Origin: Pavona decussata
Lineage: Eukaryota
Length of the DNA: 64,000 nucleotides
Direction: 5' to 3'
NCBI GenBank assembly: GCA_977016875.1
Contig: CDRNST010000036.1
Span: forward strand, 4,960,001-5,024,000
In this document: positions 37,123-47,692 of the stretch, piece after piece
How the letters are laid out: each line of letters opens with the position of its first letter
How positions within the stretch are numbered: the first letter of the stretch is position 1
Notes under the pieces: generated by a model
Databases searched by the model: none
Told to the model about the DNA's origin: nothing
The model's input: the letters and a program-made list of their open reading frames with translations, nothing else
Program-made: the position numbers and the translations under genes

Positions 37123-39488
37123 CTGGAAGAGAGAAATACGCTTGCACTGAGTACATTCAACTTTATAAAGTCTTGATCTCTTTATCTCTCTCTAGAACAC
37201 AACGAATTTTCAGGAGTGTTTTAACTAGAAAATTATACACCACTCGCAAAATTTACTGGAAACTACAACCGTGAGCCGGATGGTGGTATTTCCATATCCC
37301 AACTAGCAAGGATATTGATGATGTCATTTCCCTCTTTTTCACGGTTGTTTCTCCAAACAGTCGGTGAAAAATTGCAAGCGGTAGATTTGCCTATATAATG
37401 AGAAGAAATTGCGCTCGTTCGTAAAATTTTGTTTTTACCACTCGAGAATAAATTTCATATCTTCGCTCCGCCGTGTAATATCCTCTATAAATTACTGGCC
37501 CACTTGTTCAGTATTGCGCAATCGCAGTAAGAGTGGAAACATTCTGCGCGCCTTTAGACTGTTATGTTCCAACTAACTTGTCTTAATGGAACTGTGTTCA
37601 ATGAATTTAGCATTACGTGTGCGTTAACGTTGTATCCTTTTAGAACGTTTAGTCTAACATTTCTAGAGAAACTTCCTAAATACGCCAAGAAATCGTTCGA
37701 AAGATTTTTTTCCAAAGTTTAATTTTTCGTCCGGAAAATTGTATTTGAAGTATTGACAGTGCGTAACTTTCAATTCACAAATCGCAAAACCAACCTTGCA
37801 GCGAAAAAGTATTCCCGCGGAATGTTTATTCAAAACCATTTTCTCCGCAACTGATATTTCCAGGTATTACTCTTTGACATAAGAACGCGTTAGTGCATTT
37901 TTTAATATTTTCACCATCTATTTTTTTAAAAGAAACAATCTATACAGCGCGAAATAATACTAAATTAAAATGATAATACCGGCGATTTCATAGCCTTTAT
38001 TTATAGTATAAGATCGAGACACCAGGCTACAAAGTTCCGGAGATTGCCCCTCGTTGTGCCGACCTTTTAGCCACTTGTTAGGTTTATCACGTGACTAAAT
38101 AAAAGAAACCCATTTCTTCTAATCTTCTTTCCTGTAGTTAAGTAGTATTCAGAACTGTATTCTCGACTTTCTGGCGATCACGAAAATTTAGTTCCTTGAT
38201 GTAAATAGTTCGTCTATCTTTAACCGACAAAGCACACGCAATCGCCCAAATCGCAACTTTTCTACATTCGTGAGCCGTGATATAAACAAGATAAACCAGT
38301 AGAAACAGGATAGGCGATAGCCTTAGAGTACGGACCAATCAGAAAGAGGAATTGCTCATATCCTGCCGTCTATATGATAACAGAGATTATCATCTAAGGA
38401 TTAATTCAGTCGGCATGCTGTCGATATCAGATTGCACACCCCGCTCTATTTCTTATCCGTCGCCCGGTTTTAATAATAATTAAGATTTTTTTTGACAAAA
38501 GCAAAAACAAAAACAAACAAAAAAAAAACAAACAAAAAAAAAAGTACATGGTCTGCTTGGCCACATGGCCTGCTTGGTCACATGACCCCGTACAACCTGG
38601 CAGGGGAATTCACATAATTAAATTTGACTCCTCCCCAAACTCAATACTACTCGATTATAGTGACCCTAAGCATAAGAGAGGAGACAACGAAACTAATTCA
38701 TCTTCTTTTTTGGACCAAAACAGAAAGAACAAAAATAAACCCTGAGGCTGCTTTGNNNNNNNNNNNNNNNNNNNNNNNNNNNNNNNNNNNNNNNNNNNNN
38801 NNNNNNNNNNNNNNNNNNNNNNNNNNNNNNNNNNNNNNNNNNNNNNNNNNNNNNNNNNNNNNNNNNNNNNNNNNNNNNNNNNNAAAAGAACACAATCTAA
38901 AACTGAGTGCGGAATAATGATTGAAATATAGCACTATTATTGCATAAGTTCGCGAGACCCCAGGCTACAAAGTTCTAGAGACTTGCCCCTCGTTTGTGCC
39001 AAGCTTTAAGAGCGAAGTGCACACCCCCTTCCCCATCCCCCCCCCTCCTGGGAAATGTTTCGGTGTTTACTGACCTGTTTCTTTAGCGGGTGTACCACAG
39101 CTCGGTGTCTTTCCATGCTCATGAACATCAGAGTCAATATGGACGCAGTTAGGCTGTTCTGGACAATCATGAATACAGTCTTACAGCCAATCAATCCCAT
39201 CCTTGGGGGCCACTCGTCGTGAGCGGAATAAATCAGATAAACCGGTATGAACAGGAAAATCCGGATTAAGTCAGCGATCGCTAAGTTGAGGTTGAATAAG
39301 TTTGTAACATTGGTGATCCTTCCTTTTCTCAAAATGACGGCGAATAGAAGGAGATTTCCCACGGTCCCGAAAACAAGCACGACGGAAAGCCATATCGATG
39401 TTATAATGTGATCGACTGTTGCTGGGCCCAAGTCTGGCGAAAAGCCGGTGCTGTTTGTGATGCCAGTCTCACTCACATTTGAGCTCAT
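36415..39488 (-). CDS. Class A (rhodopsin-like) GPCR, peptide-receptor-like orphan; 2 exons, 373 aa
   Basis: Join 39488-39075 (HPLKKQ|GTCAGT) and 37122-36415 (tcttcCAG|MTIRQ), phase 0. N-glycosylation sequons NVS/NST; TM1 GN; TM2 NLAIADL; TM3 GCK...SMERH; TM4 W; ECL2 Cys; TM5 LP...Y; TM6 CLLP; TM7 NPFCH; helix 8 NEFR. Confidence 0.9.
38756..38883. other. Assembly gap (128 N)
   Basis: Run of n. Confidence 1.
39075..39488 (-). CDS. GPCR exon 1 (N-terminus to ICL2)
   Basis: MSSNVSETG...ERHRAVVHPLKKQ, then a GT donor. Confidence 0.9.
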
Positions 39489-41596
39489 TATCGTTGGAGA
39501 AGCGGTTAAAACTTCAATAGTAGACGGATTTTTTTCCTGGTGTTAAAAGTGATGCTATTAAAATGAGGCTCCACCTGATTTCAAACACCGTCCAATGTAA
39601 ACGTCTGTTTTAACAACTTCTCGGTGATTTTGCGGTTTAAGTTTCCACCTTGAAGCTCGATCGCTAAAAATGGATTGGCACGTATGGTCCGCTTGCACTT
39701 CAGTGATAATGATTCTCAAGAAGAAGTCGTAGTCAGATTACAGTTACAGAATTTTAAATCCGTCTCGATATACTTGCAGAAATACTATACTCATTCGTCA
39801 CACGAATCTCGACGGTCAAATATCCCATGCCACGGCTACCTTTTTCAAAGAAATGTCAGGTCGAGATCACACTTGTCGAGAAATTTCTTTAGAGCGGTAA
39901 CGATTAATCTTTTGTGCGTCAGTCACTCGCTTGTTTCGTTCCCCTTGAAAAACTGAATGTTTCAGTGATACCGAGAATCCGAGAGAATTATTCTTGAACC
40001 GAAGAGGTTTGTATGCTTTCAGTCTTCACCCAGACAACCAACTCATCTCTCTTGCTTTCGCAAAACCAAGTTCTGATCGATCAGCCAGAAACAAATGCAA
40101 AAATGAATAACCATTGATTATTTACAAAAGCTGCCAAAATACGACACCTTCGAGTATTTTGTCCCAACCATCCTCTTCAAGATACTGAGTCTTGAAATAA
40201 CAGAAGTTTGCATTTCATGCCTTTTGTCAATCCATAATGAATAGAAAGTAAACTTTTACGACGAGGTTCGAGATTTGCCAGAAACAAGTTCAACTGAGAT
40301 GATTTCCTCAGTACTGTTGACTTAAAGGTAATAATAAAAGTTCATTTTTCCTCGTTTCCGTTAATGTTCATGCTGTAAACAATGAAACAAAACAAGATTG
40401 GACCTCGAGGAAAATATTAATTAATAATCGTCCAAACTGTAATGACCTTAAGGCATGGCAATGTTAAAACTAATAACAGACAACGCCCTTGAAAAGCAAT
40501 TTGTCACACATGACACACATTGAACGTTTTAATTTAGTCGACATTTAGGCATTACAACATCTGTACTGTCAGCATGCATTTTTATGTATATTTGAAAAGT
40601 CGTTAAGTTCCACTGGAAAAAAAATCATCTCAGCAGTCGGTAGCTAGAAAACAGAAATGTCGCTTTGGCTTCAGGCATGCTAGTCGCCTACGCTTTTAAA
40701 TTTAAAAGCTGTATTTCAAAATTATGTTAGTCACCTTGCAACAGGGAGTTAATTAAATGATTCTATATCTTTAACAGTGATCCGTTTTTGCATATCATAA
40801 AAGTACAATCGAAATCCCGGCGAGATTGTTATAAAAATAGTATTTACGTAGACGCACGCTGTCTTTGTTACCAACAAAATCTAAACTAATAAAAACACCA
40901 TGCAATAATCCCTTCTACCTAAATCACGCACACGTTTCTACTTCACAGGCAAAATTCATACATTTTTTACATGGTCATTTGCCAAGTTTTTATTCAAATT
41001 TTCTAAAATTTACCTTGTCAGTTTTCCTGCCAAGTCACTGATTGCAAGATACAATATAGAGGTGTCTTGAAGTCTATTTTGTGTAAATAGTCAGGCTCCG
41101 CGTTTTTGCAAAACAATGCAGGTGTTTCTATTTTCATGGAAATTCCTCGCGTCACTGGGTTCTTCATAACTATAAATATAAATATAACTATAACTAAAAG
41201 ATAAGAGCTTTTTAAAATAATAGCTTTTACAACTGTACTTTATTGAGGGTTTATTTTCTAGGTTAACTTGGAACAATATCACTGAGATCTTAGCTTGAAA
41301 CGAGCGCTCACTGGGCCAGAAAATATCGGCCTTAGGCTGATGGGGATATCTCAGAGACACCCGATCGGTTTATCACGGTGGTGATCAGTTCGGATCGCCA
41401 TAAATAAATCGCTTTAAAAGATCGGATTTTGTCGTTAAGCAAATCTGCAATTTTTTCGACAAAGTGTCAGCTCAAAATTATGTCGTTTAAAATACGATAA
41501 AAGCTCAGCTAGCATTTTCGTCAAACCAACATGTACAACAGCTCGTAAATTCGGGGAATAAGATTCTATTCCCTAAAACATTCTGCAACTAAAATT

Positions 41597-41863
41597 CTGG
41601 GCCCAGCTGTTCAAAGCCCGATTAAGTTAATCCTGGGTTAACGGGAACATTGATTCGAGTCAGGAGCCCAGTTCGAGTATAATGATTTACTTGTCCATAA
41701 GGATTCGTCCTAAAGATTTTTGTCGCTAAGTTTTGCCTTAGACGTTTCTTTACCATTAGTTTGAAATGAGCCTTTTGAATCATTTTTAATGAACGAGATG
41801 AAAACCTCAATTAACTTGAAATCGTGGATTAGCGTTAATCGGCTTTCGAACAACCGGGGCCTG
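41597..41863. mobile_element. MITE family copy 2
   Basis: ctgggcccagctgttcaaagcccgattaag...ttaatcggctttcgaacaaccggggcctg. Confidence 0.8.
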
Positions 41864-42042
41864 ATCTAAAGCATCCAAACAAATCAAACTGTATTAGCTT
41901 ACAAAAATATGCCTTTAAAAGGGCAGAAAAGACAGAAAACGATCTGCATGGGAAAAGCAAAAAAATGTTCTCGTTGCGGGGTGACGACGTCTGTGTACTC
42001 AGTTTTTTGTTGGACATTACATGATCATTACATGTTTTCCTA

Positions 42043-42292
42043 CTAGGCTGAGTTGTTCAAAGCTCGATTAAGCTAATCCTGGGTTAACGTGAATTTTCAT
42101 TGAGTTTAACTGCTAATCAATAAAAGATTCTTCCGAAAAATTTTAGTCCCTTAAATTTGACCTAGACTTCTCGTTACCATTAACTTAAAACTCGCTTTTG
42201 AAAAACGTTTCTTAAGATCGAAGTAAAAACCACGGTTAACTTCAGTTTAATCGCGGATGAGCGTTAACAGGCTTTCGAACAACCGGGCCCTG
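42043..42292. mobile_element. MITE family copy 3
   Basis: agttgttcaaagctcgattaagctaatcc...gctttcgaacaaccgggccctg. Confidence 0.75.
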
Positions 42293-42569
42293 GAAGACAA
42301 GTTTCTGATTTGATTGACTGAGCCAAGTCGTGTTGACTGTAGCTATAGAAACTATAGTTGCTGTAGACACCTACAAGCTGAATGTAAGCGTAATTTCTAC
42401 GAAAGTCAGGAACTTCGTTAAATCAAAGCACTCTGTGAGCAAACTAGTGAAGTGAACAGGTGACGGAATATGGTCCACCTCCCGGCGATAATTGTCGGAG
42501 AATCCATGTTGTTTCTCGGCACTGCAGCCTGGCCTGCCGTCTCACGTGGCCCAGCTAGGTAGCCAGGCG

Positions 42570-42716
42570 GCTAGTCGCAAGAAAGTAGGAAGAAAGTAGC
42601 AGCTAAGTCGCAGCTAGTTCGCAAGAAAGTAGCAAGTCGCCGATAAGTCACACGGAAAGTAGCAGGAAAGTCGCAGCTAAGTCGCAAGAAAGTAGCAAGT
42701 CGCAGCTAAGTCCCAA
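42570..42716 (+). repeat. Imperfect 11-bp minisatellite (AAGTCGCAGCT/AAGTAGCAAGA)
   Basis: About 13 alternating variants of aagt(c/a)gca. Confidence 0.8.
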
Positions 42717-43971
42717 GTGAAAAAAAAAATAATAATAATAAAAAAAAAAGAGTGGGAAAAATGTATGTTCCTTTGAAGCAGACCACTTCGCAGCTTTTGG
42801 ACGCCATTTTGACAGGGCAAGCATTTCTGGCGCGGCTACCAAGCCCTCATACAAATCTTTGCAAACATTTGGCGTGGCGTTCGCAGCGAGTTGTATAATT
42901 TTCTCTGTGTGCGAAAAATAAGCTCCTGGATTACAATTATATCCACAAAGTATTAAAGGTAAGTTATAATTCTAAGTTATCTGAAAGTATGGGCCCAGTG
43001 CGATTTATCTGAGCTGAGTTTTGTTCGAATTTGTGACGGTATAAACTCGGCTGGGTTTGTAAACATTGAATCATATTTGCACATTAGATTATTGTGTCAC
43101 AATCAAACCTTTTTTCTTTTCAAATCGATAAGAAGTCGGACGAAAACAAAACTTTACATTATTTAACAGCGATTAAACAAAAACTTTTTAGCACGTGCCT
43201 TCAGTGTTTACAAACCCGGCCGGCTTCTAATCATAATGCATAACTAATCAATTTTACTGAGAAACTGAAAACAGCGAGTGGGAAATAAGAGATATTGCGA
43301 TAAACATGGACACGTGGTTATTTCTGCCTTTTGCCGTAAATGTTATTCTAAACTCTCTATTACTTGAGGTATTTATCCCTAATACTCCTTAAAACCATGG
43401 AATTACGTAAACATGAACTAATTATTTCTGTTCGTTCAACAATCATAAATGACAGCCAAAACAAAAACAAACACTGACACACAAATAAAAAGAAAAGAAC
43501 AAAACAAAACAAAAACAAAAATATGTAAGACAAAGTGTCTTACCTTTGAAGAATTAATTAAAGAGCCAGAATTAACTGGCCCTCACTCTCCTGTTTGAAT
43601 CAAGGGAAGAATAACCTATGACAACTCAAGTAAATTAGGCACTGTCATTAAGATTTTGCTTTATTGTGATCAAAGCTACTTAAATACTTAACACAGAACA
43701 TTTTCTCTAACCTGAATTGAAATTGTTTGAAGAGCATTGTATTCGGGAGGAAAATATTAACTGATTTCTCCAATGAAGAACAAACTTTAACTCAGTTTTT
43801 AGCAATTTTTCCAAAATACACAGGAAGAACAAAAACTGAAGGATTGTTCTATTTCCAAACACAAAATATTTATCTATGCGCTTGAAATCTGGTCGAACGT
43901 TTTTCAATATTTTCTGGCCGTATGGGGTCACGTGAACAAAACTTATCGTATAGTTTGGGTGAGCAAACTGT

Positions 43972-44011
43972 AATAAGTAAGTAAATAAATAAATAAATAA
44001 ATAAATAAATA
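43972..44011 (+). repeat. (TAAA)n microsatellite
   Basis: Direct observation. Confidence 0.85.
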
Positions 44012-44489
44012 CATGTGTGCCACGTCTTATGATAACGAACGGCCTTAGAAGATAGTACACTGCTGACCCTGACCCGACCCATGTGATAATTTACATGAGA
44101 ATGAAATTTGGAGGGTATATAGCAATGTTTTCTTTAAGGTCCGCAAAACGAGTCGTTGATGTCACATGACTATATTAAACAGCTGCCATCTTGGATCTAC
44201 CATCTTGGACTTCTTGATCATGAAAAATAAACAAAACAAGCAAAAAACAAGGCTAAAAGAATTAGTGACCCCTCTTACAGGGATAACGTCAATAAAACAA
44301 ATAAAATATACAAGTTTTTTTTTTTCAAGATTTAATTTTATTTATATTAACAGAAAAATTTACAAATGGCCGAAAATTCAACACTTTGGAATACTGCAAT
44401 CTTAAAACCCCTTAACGAGTCAGACAAGGCCACCTCCCCAGGGCTACATATAAATAAATAAATAAATACTGTAACGCTAATTGGGAACA

Positions 44490-44662
44490 CTATAAATCAG
44501 TGAAATAAATATACAAACTGAACATAACATATGATCAAAATCGCAGTTGATGGGAGGTATATTTACAAAGCGTGGCCTCGGTTTTGAAAACGGAGCTACT
44601 GTGAAACAAATGCAAGTGGTCGGAGTGGGACTTCAACCCGGGGCCATTAGGCCACGCCGCCT
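44490..44662 (-). mobile_element. Degenerate tRNA-derived SINE
   Basis: Minus strand aggcggcgtggcctaatgg...gggttgaagtccc shows A-box and B-box remnants with the anticodon region deleted. Confidence 0.45.
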
Positions 44663-44816
44663 CTCTTTATATTAGTAAACTAAAGTACGAGGTTTATCCA
44701 AGGCACTATGTCTTGTTCTCATCCAGTAATCGAGAGTATTCTGTGTCCCACTGTAGGTTGCCTGATTTAGCTGTGCCAGCAGCCTACACTGCGTGAAATA
44801 AATATCCACTAAGGTT

Positions 44817-44978
44817 TCCAGATCGAATTGGAATTTGGAAATGTTGGTTTTTGTGGAGGGAGGAAAACCGGAGTACCCGGAGAAAAACCCTCTGAGCAGG
44901 GACGAGAACCAACAACAAACTCAACCCACATATGACGCCAAGTCCGGGAATCAAACCCGAGCCACATTGGTGGGAGGC
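44817..44978 (-). mobile_element. 5'-truncated tRNA-derived SINE with Meta/V-SINE-type central core
   Basis: Minus strand: B-box GGTTTGATTCC, then GGTTTTTCTCCGGGTACTCCGGTTTTCCTCC, which resembles the conserved central domain of MetaSINE/V-SINE families. Confidence 0.75.
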
Positions 44979-45045
44979 TCCGTCAAATAACAAATATACG
45001 GTTGTCCAATGAGTCCGTATACAACACGTGTACAGAGACATATAC

Positions 45046-45612
45046 TGAGGTATCACAAAAGGACACGTCCTTAACTTTTCCATATATAAACTTTGTGTAC
45101 TGACTGTGTTAGACCTGAGTGCGTTTTGTTTTTTATTAGACCTTCAATTTCTAATATTTTCTGATTTTGGTGCCCCGGATGATGCCATATGTGTGACGCC
45201 GATTTCCATTGTCATTGATTCATGGATTCCAGTTTGTGTCCTTTTCAGTCTTCCTAGATGTTGGTTGCTTTTTCCTTCTCCCCCAGCAAGACACATCTTT
45301 TCTCATGAGCTAGTGAACATTTTGATTGGTACAACTGGAATATGGAATTTTACCACTATCATTACTATACTTGTTATCGATACCGTGCATGGGGTCTAAT
45401 TGGTGACCAATTCTCTTGTTCTCTTGTGGAGTAGCTGCTTTTCTAACCCAGACGTCCCAAGTAAAGGAGTATCAATTTCTGCCGTTTGCAAACAGAATCG
45501 TCATTTTGATTTGGGATTTATTGTAACTCTGTTGTTAACCAAACAAAGAGATATATCAGCAATTCAAGTTGCATCTTTTCAGTCGTGACTTTCTTTTTAT
45601 TGAGCATTGTTC
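45046..45612 (-). pseudogene. Possible decayed 3' coding extension of the 387-aa ORF
   Basis: Coding-like purine-rich sequence with stops and probable frameshifts. Ends ATG GAA AAG TTA AGG ACG TGT C[CTTTTGT]GA TAC CTC AGT, which reads MEKLRTCRYLS if 7 nt are removed. Confidence 0.35.
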
Positions 45613-46776
45613 CTAAAGGCTGTTTTCTTTCCTTTCTTCCTTATTCCAGCAGACCTGCGCTTTTCTTGAAATCATCGGGCTTTTGTTATTAGGAGTAGAT
45701 GGTACCGGCAAGACGATGTTCCTGATAGTCTCCCTTCGCTCTAAGGACTGCAAATATCTGCCATCCGTCTCCACGTGGCTTCTACGCACAGTTTTGTTAT
45801 ATCGAGCATTAAGTTCGTCTTCTTGTTCTACATCAATCACGTCTGGCAACTTCCCATTCATTCGGTTTATAACTGCTACTCCTAAGGCGCAACGCCCAAC
45901 TGATTTGAATTTGCCAGACAACTGCGCGGTGGCCATCAGCTCAGCGTTAGTCCTGGACGACTGTGAGGTAAACAGACTGTTACTTCTTTTCGCACGTGGC
46001 CTGGGTGACGTAGGTGGTGCGGGATGCAGCGAGCTTAAAAGCGATCCTACGTTATCGAATACGAGGCTACCATCGCTTTGGGATCTACTCTTAACAGTGC
46101 GCGCTCCTTTATTGTTAGATTCTTTGACTTTCACGGGTGACGAGGTTTCTTTTTTGTTTTCTTCATCCCGTGGGTTCAAGTCTTGCCTTGACAACGACCG
46201 TCCTTGAACAGTTCCCATTAAACCTGTGTTGTTGCATTCTTTGTCTGATGCCTTACCGCTCAGATTTCCGCTGGAGAGGGCTCGCCGTAAGGGCACTTTC
46301 TCGCGCACTAAAAGAAAGAATGCTTCGTTCCCTTTCAAGGACGCATCTTTAGCTTGATTACCCTGATGGCAATCTTGCTCACCTGTTGGAGTCTTGCAGC
46401 ATTGGAAAAGATCTTCCGACGGGAATGGAGTACTTTTTCTTGAAAGCGTAGGACTATTGGTCACAATTTGAGGTAGCTTCTCACCGCCATGGATTGAGAA
46501 ACCTGATTTGCAGCGAAGTTGACTGACTGTTATCCTGGGTGAAAGTGGATCCGAAAGACTTCGTGATTTTGCTTGCGGCTGAACAGACCTGAACCCTGCA
46601 TTTAGAGCCTCCCTAGTCCTTCTTAAGGTGCGGAGCTCCTTTTCCAACTGTTTCTCCTCTCTGTCAAAGTCAGAAATCTGCTGTTCCAGAAAACGATCAG
46701 CCGCTTTGTTTAACCTTTGTGCACGTCGGCTGCTCTCTGATGCGGATTCGCTTCTTTTCTTTCGGAAGGAATTCAT
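45613..46776 (-). CDS. Uncharacterised 387-aa Ser/Arg-rich protein, apparent paralog of 5169-6773
   Basis: 1164-nt ORF. N-terminal coiled coil AQRLNKAADRFLEQQISDFDREEKQLEKELRTLRR aligns ungapped with gene 1. Splice acceptor ttcttaatttag at about 46790 with an in-frame TAG before the ATG, implying upstream non-coding exon(s). Confidence 0.8.
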   Translation of the reverse strand: MNSFRKKRSESASESSRRAQRLNKAADRFLEQQISDFDREEKQLEKELRTLRRTREALNAGFRSVQPQAKSRSLSDPLSPRITVSQLRCKSGFSIHGGEKLPQIVTNSPTLSRKSTPFPSEDLFQCCKTPTGEQDCHQGNQAKDASLKGNEAFFLLVREKVPLRRALSSGNLSGKASDKECNNTGLMGTVQGRSLSRQDLNPRDEENKKETSSPVKVKESNNKGARTVKSRSQSDGSLVFDNVGSLLSSLHPAPPTSPRPRAKRSNSLFTSQSSRTNAELMATAQLSGKFKSVGRCALGVAVINRMNGKLPDVIDVEQEDELNARYNKTVRRSHVETDGRYLQSLERRETIRNIVLPVPSTPNNKSPMISRKAQVCWNKEERKENSL

Positions 46777-46803
46777 ATCCTTGTTCTACCTAAATTAAGA
46801 ACG

Positions 46804-47692
46804 GAAATATACAAGTGAATCAGTTTAAACTACTGATCATGACCAATGGCTAAAGCATTCTTTAACTTGGGTGAACTTTAAAAAAGTGGGAAACTCCTAC
46901 CAACTTGTCAGTTTACTCAGACAATCGCAAGATCGCAGAATTCCTAACTTGCCATCTTGAACGTAAAGGGCTTTGTAGTGGATCGCGAATGATGGTCAGC
47001 TGAACTAACTGAAATATACAAGTAAATCAGTTTAAACTACTGATCATGACCAATGGTTAGAGCATGCTTTAACTTGGATGAACATATGTAGGACTATAGG
47101 TCAAAGAAAATGCTTTTTGACCGAGTGTTAACACAACTAGCACCTTATGAGGCCGTATGTAATGAAGTCGAGATTTGAATCGCATTGATTTTTGTTTGCT
47201 GACGCTGGCAAATTCAGTTACCTAATTTTCTACAGTCATGCATGGAGACGAAGTTCTAGGAATTTGTTTGAGATCGTCTACGATCCTGCTGCGGGACTCA
47301 GTCCATATATATCCTGCGATCACCTGTAATCCCGATCCGTCTCCTACGATCGCCTATCACAATCCGATTAAAGTTGCGGGCGATCGTAGAAAAAGAACCA
47401 TTATCTCTCTCTTGTGATCTTTTCAGGATCGGCTGGATCACCTACAATCATTTGCAATCATGCGATCATATGGAGACTAATTTCTTCTAAAGTTCCGCTA
47501 ACTTAAATGCATGCAACTACAGGGAGAATAGATCAGTTAGTTTAGTTGACCATCATTTACGATCCATTACAAAGCTCTTTGCTTTGAAGACGGCAGGTGA
47601 GCAATTGTGCGATCTTGCGGGGATTGTTTGTGTAAACCAGGCTTCGATAGAATTACGAGTTGGTGCTGGAGGTTCCCAATTTTTTAAAGTTC
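46804..47692. repeat. Complex local duplication: 73-bp direct repeat flanking an inverted copy of about 140 bp
   Basis: 46804-46876 matches 47011-47083 (direct). 46873-47012 is a diverged reverse complement of 47533-47692. Confidence 0.75.

Noticed and set aside
38624-38934. ORFs spanning the N run
   Set aside because: Artefacts of the assembly gap.
45683-46352. Plus-strand ORFs overlapping the long minus-strand genes (also 5427-6477)
   Set aside because: These are antisense shadows of the real ORFs.
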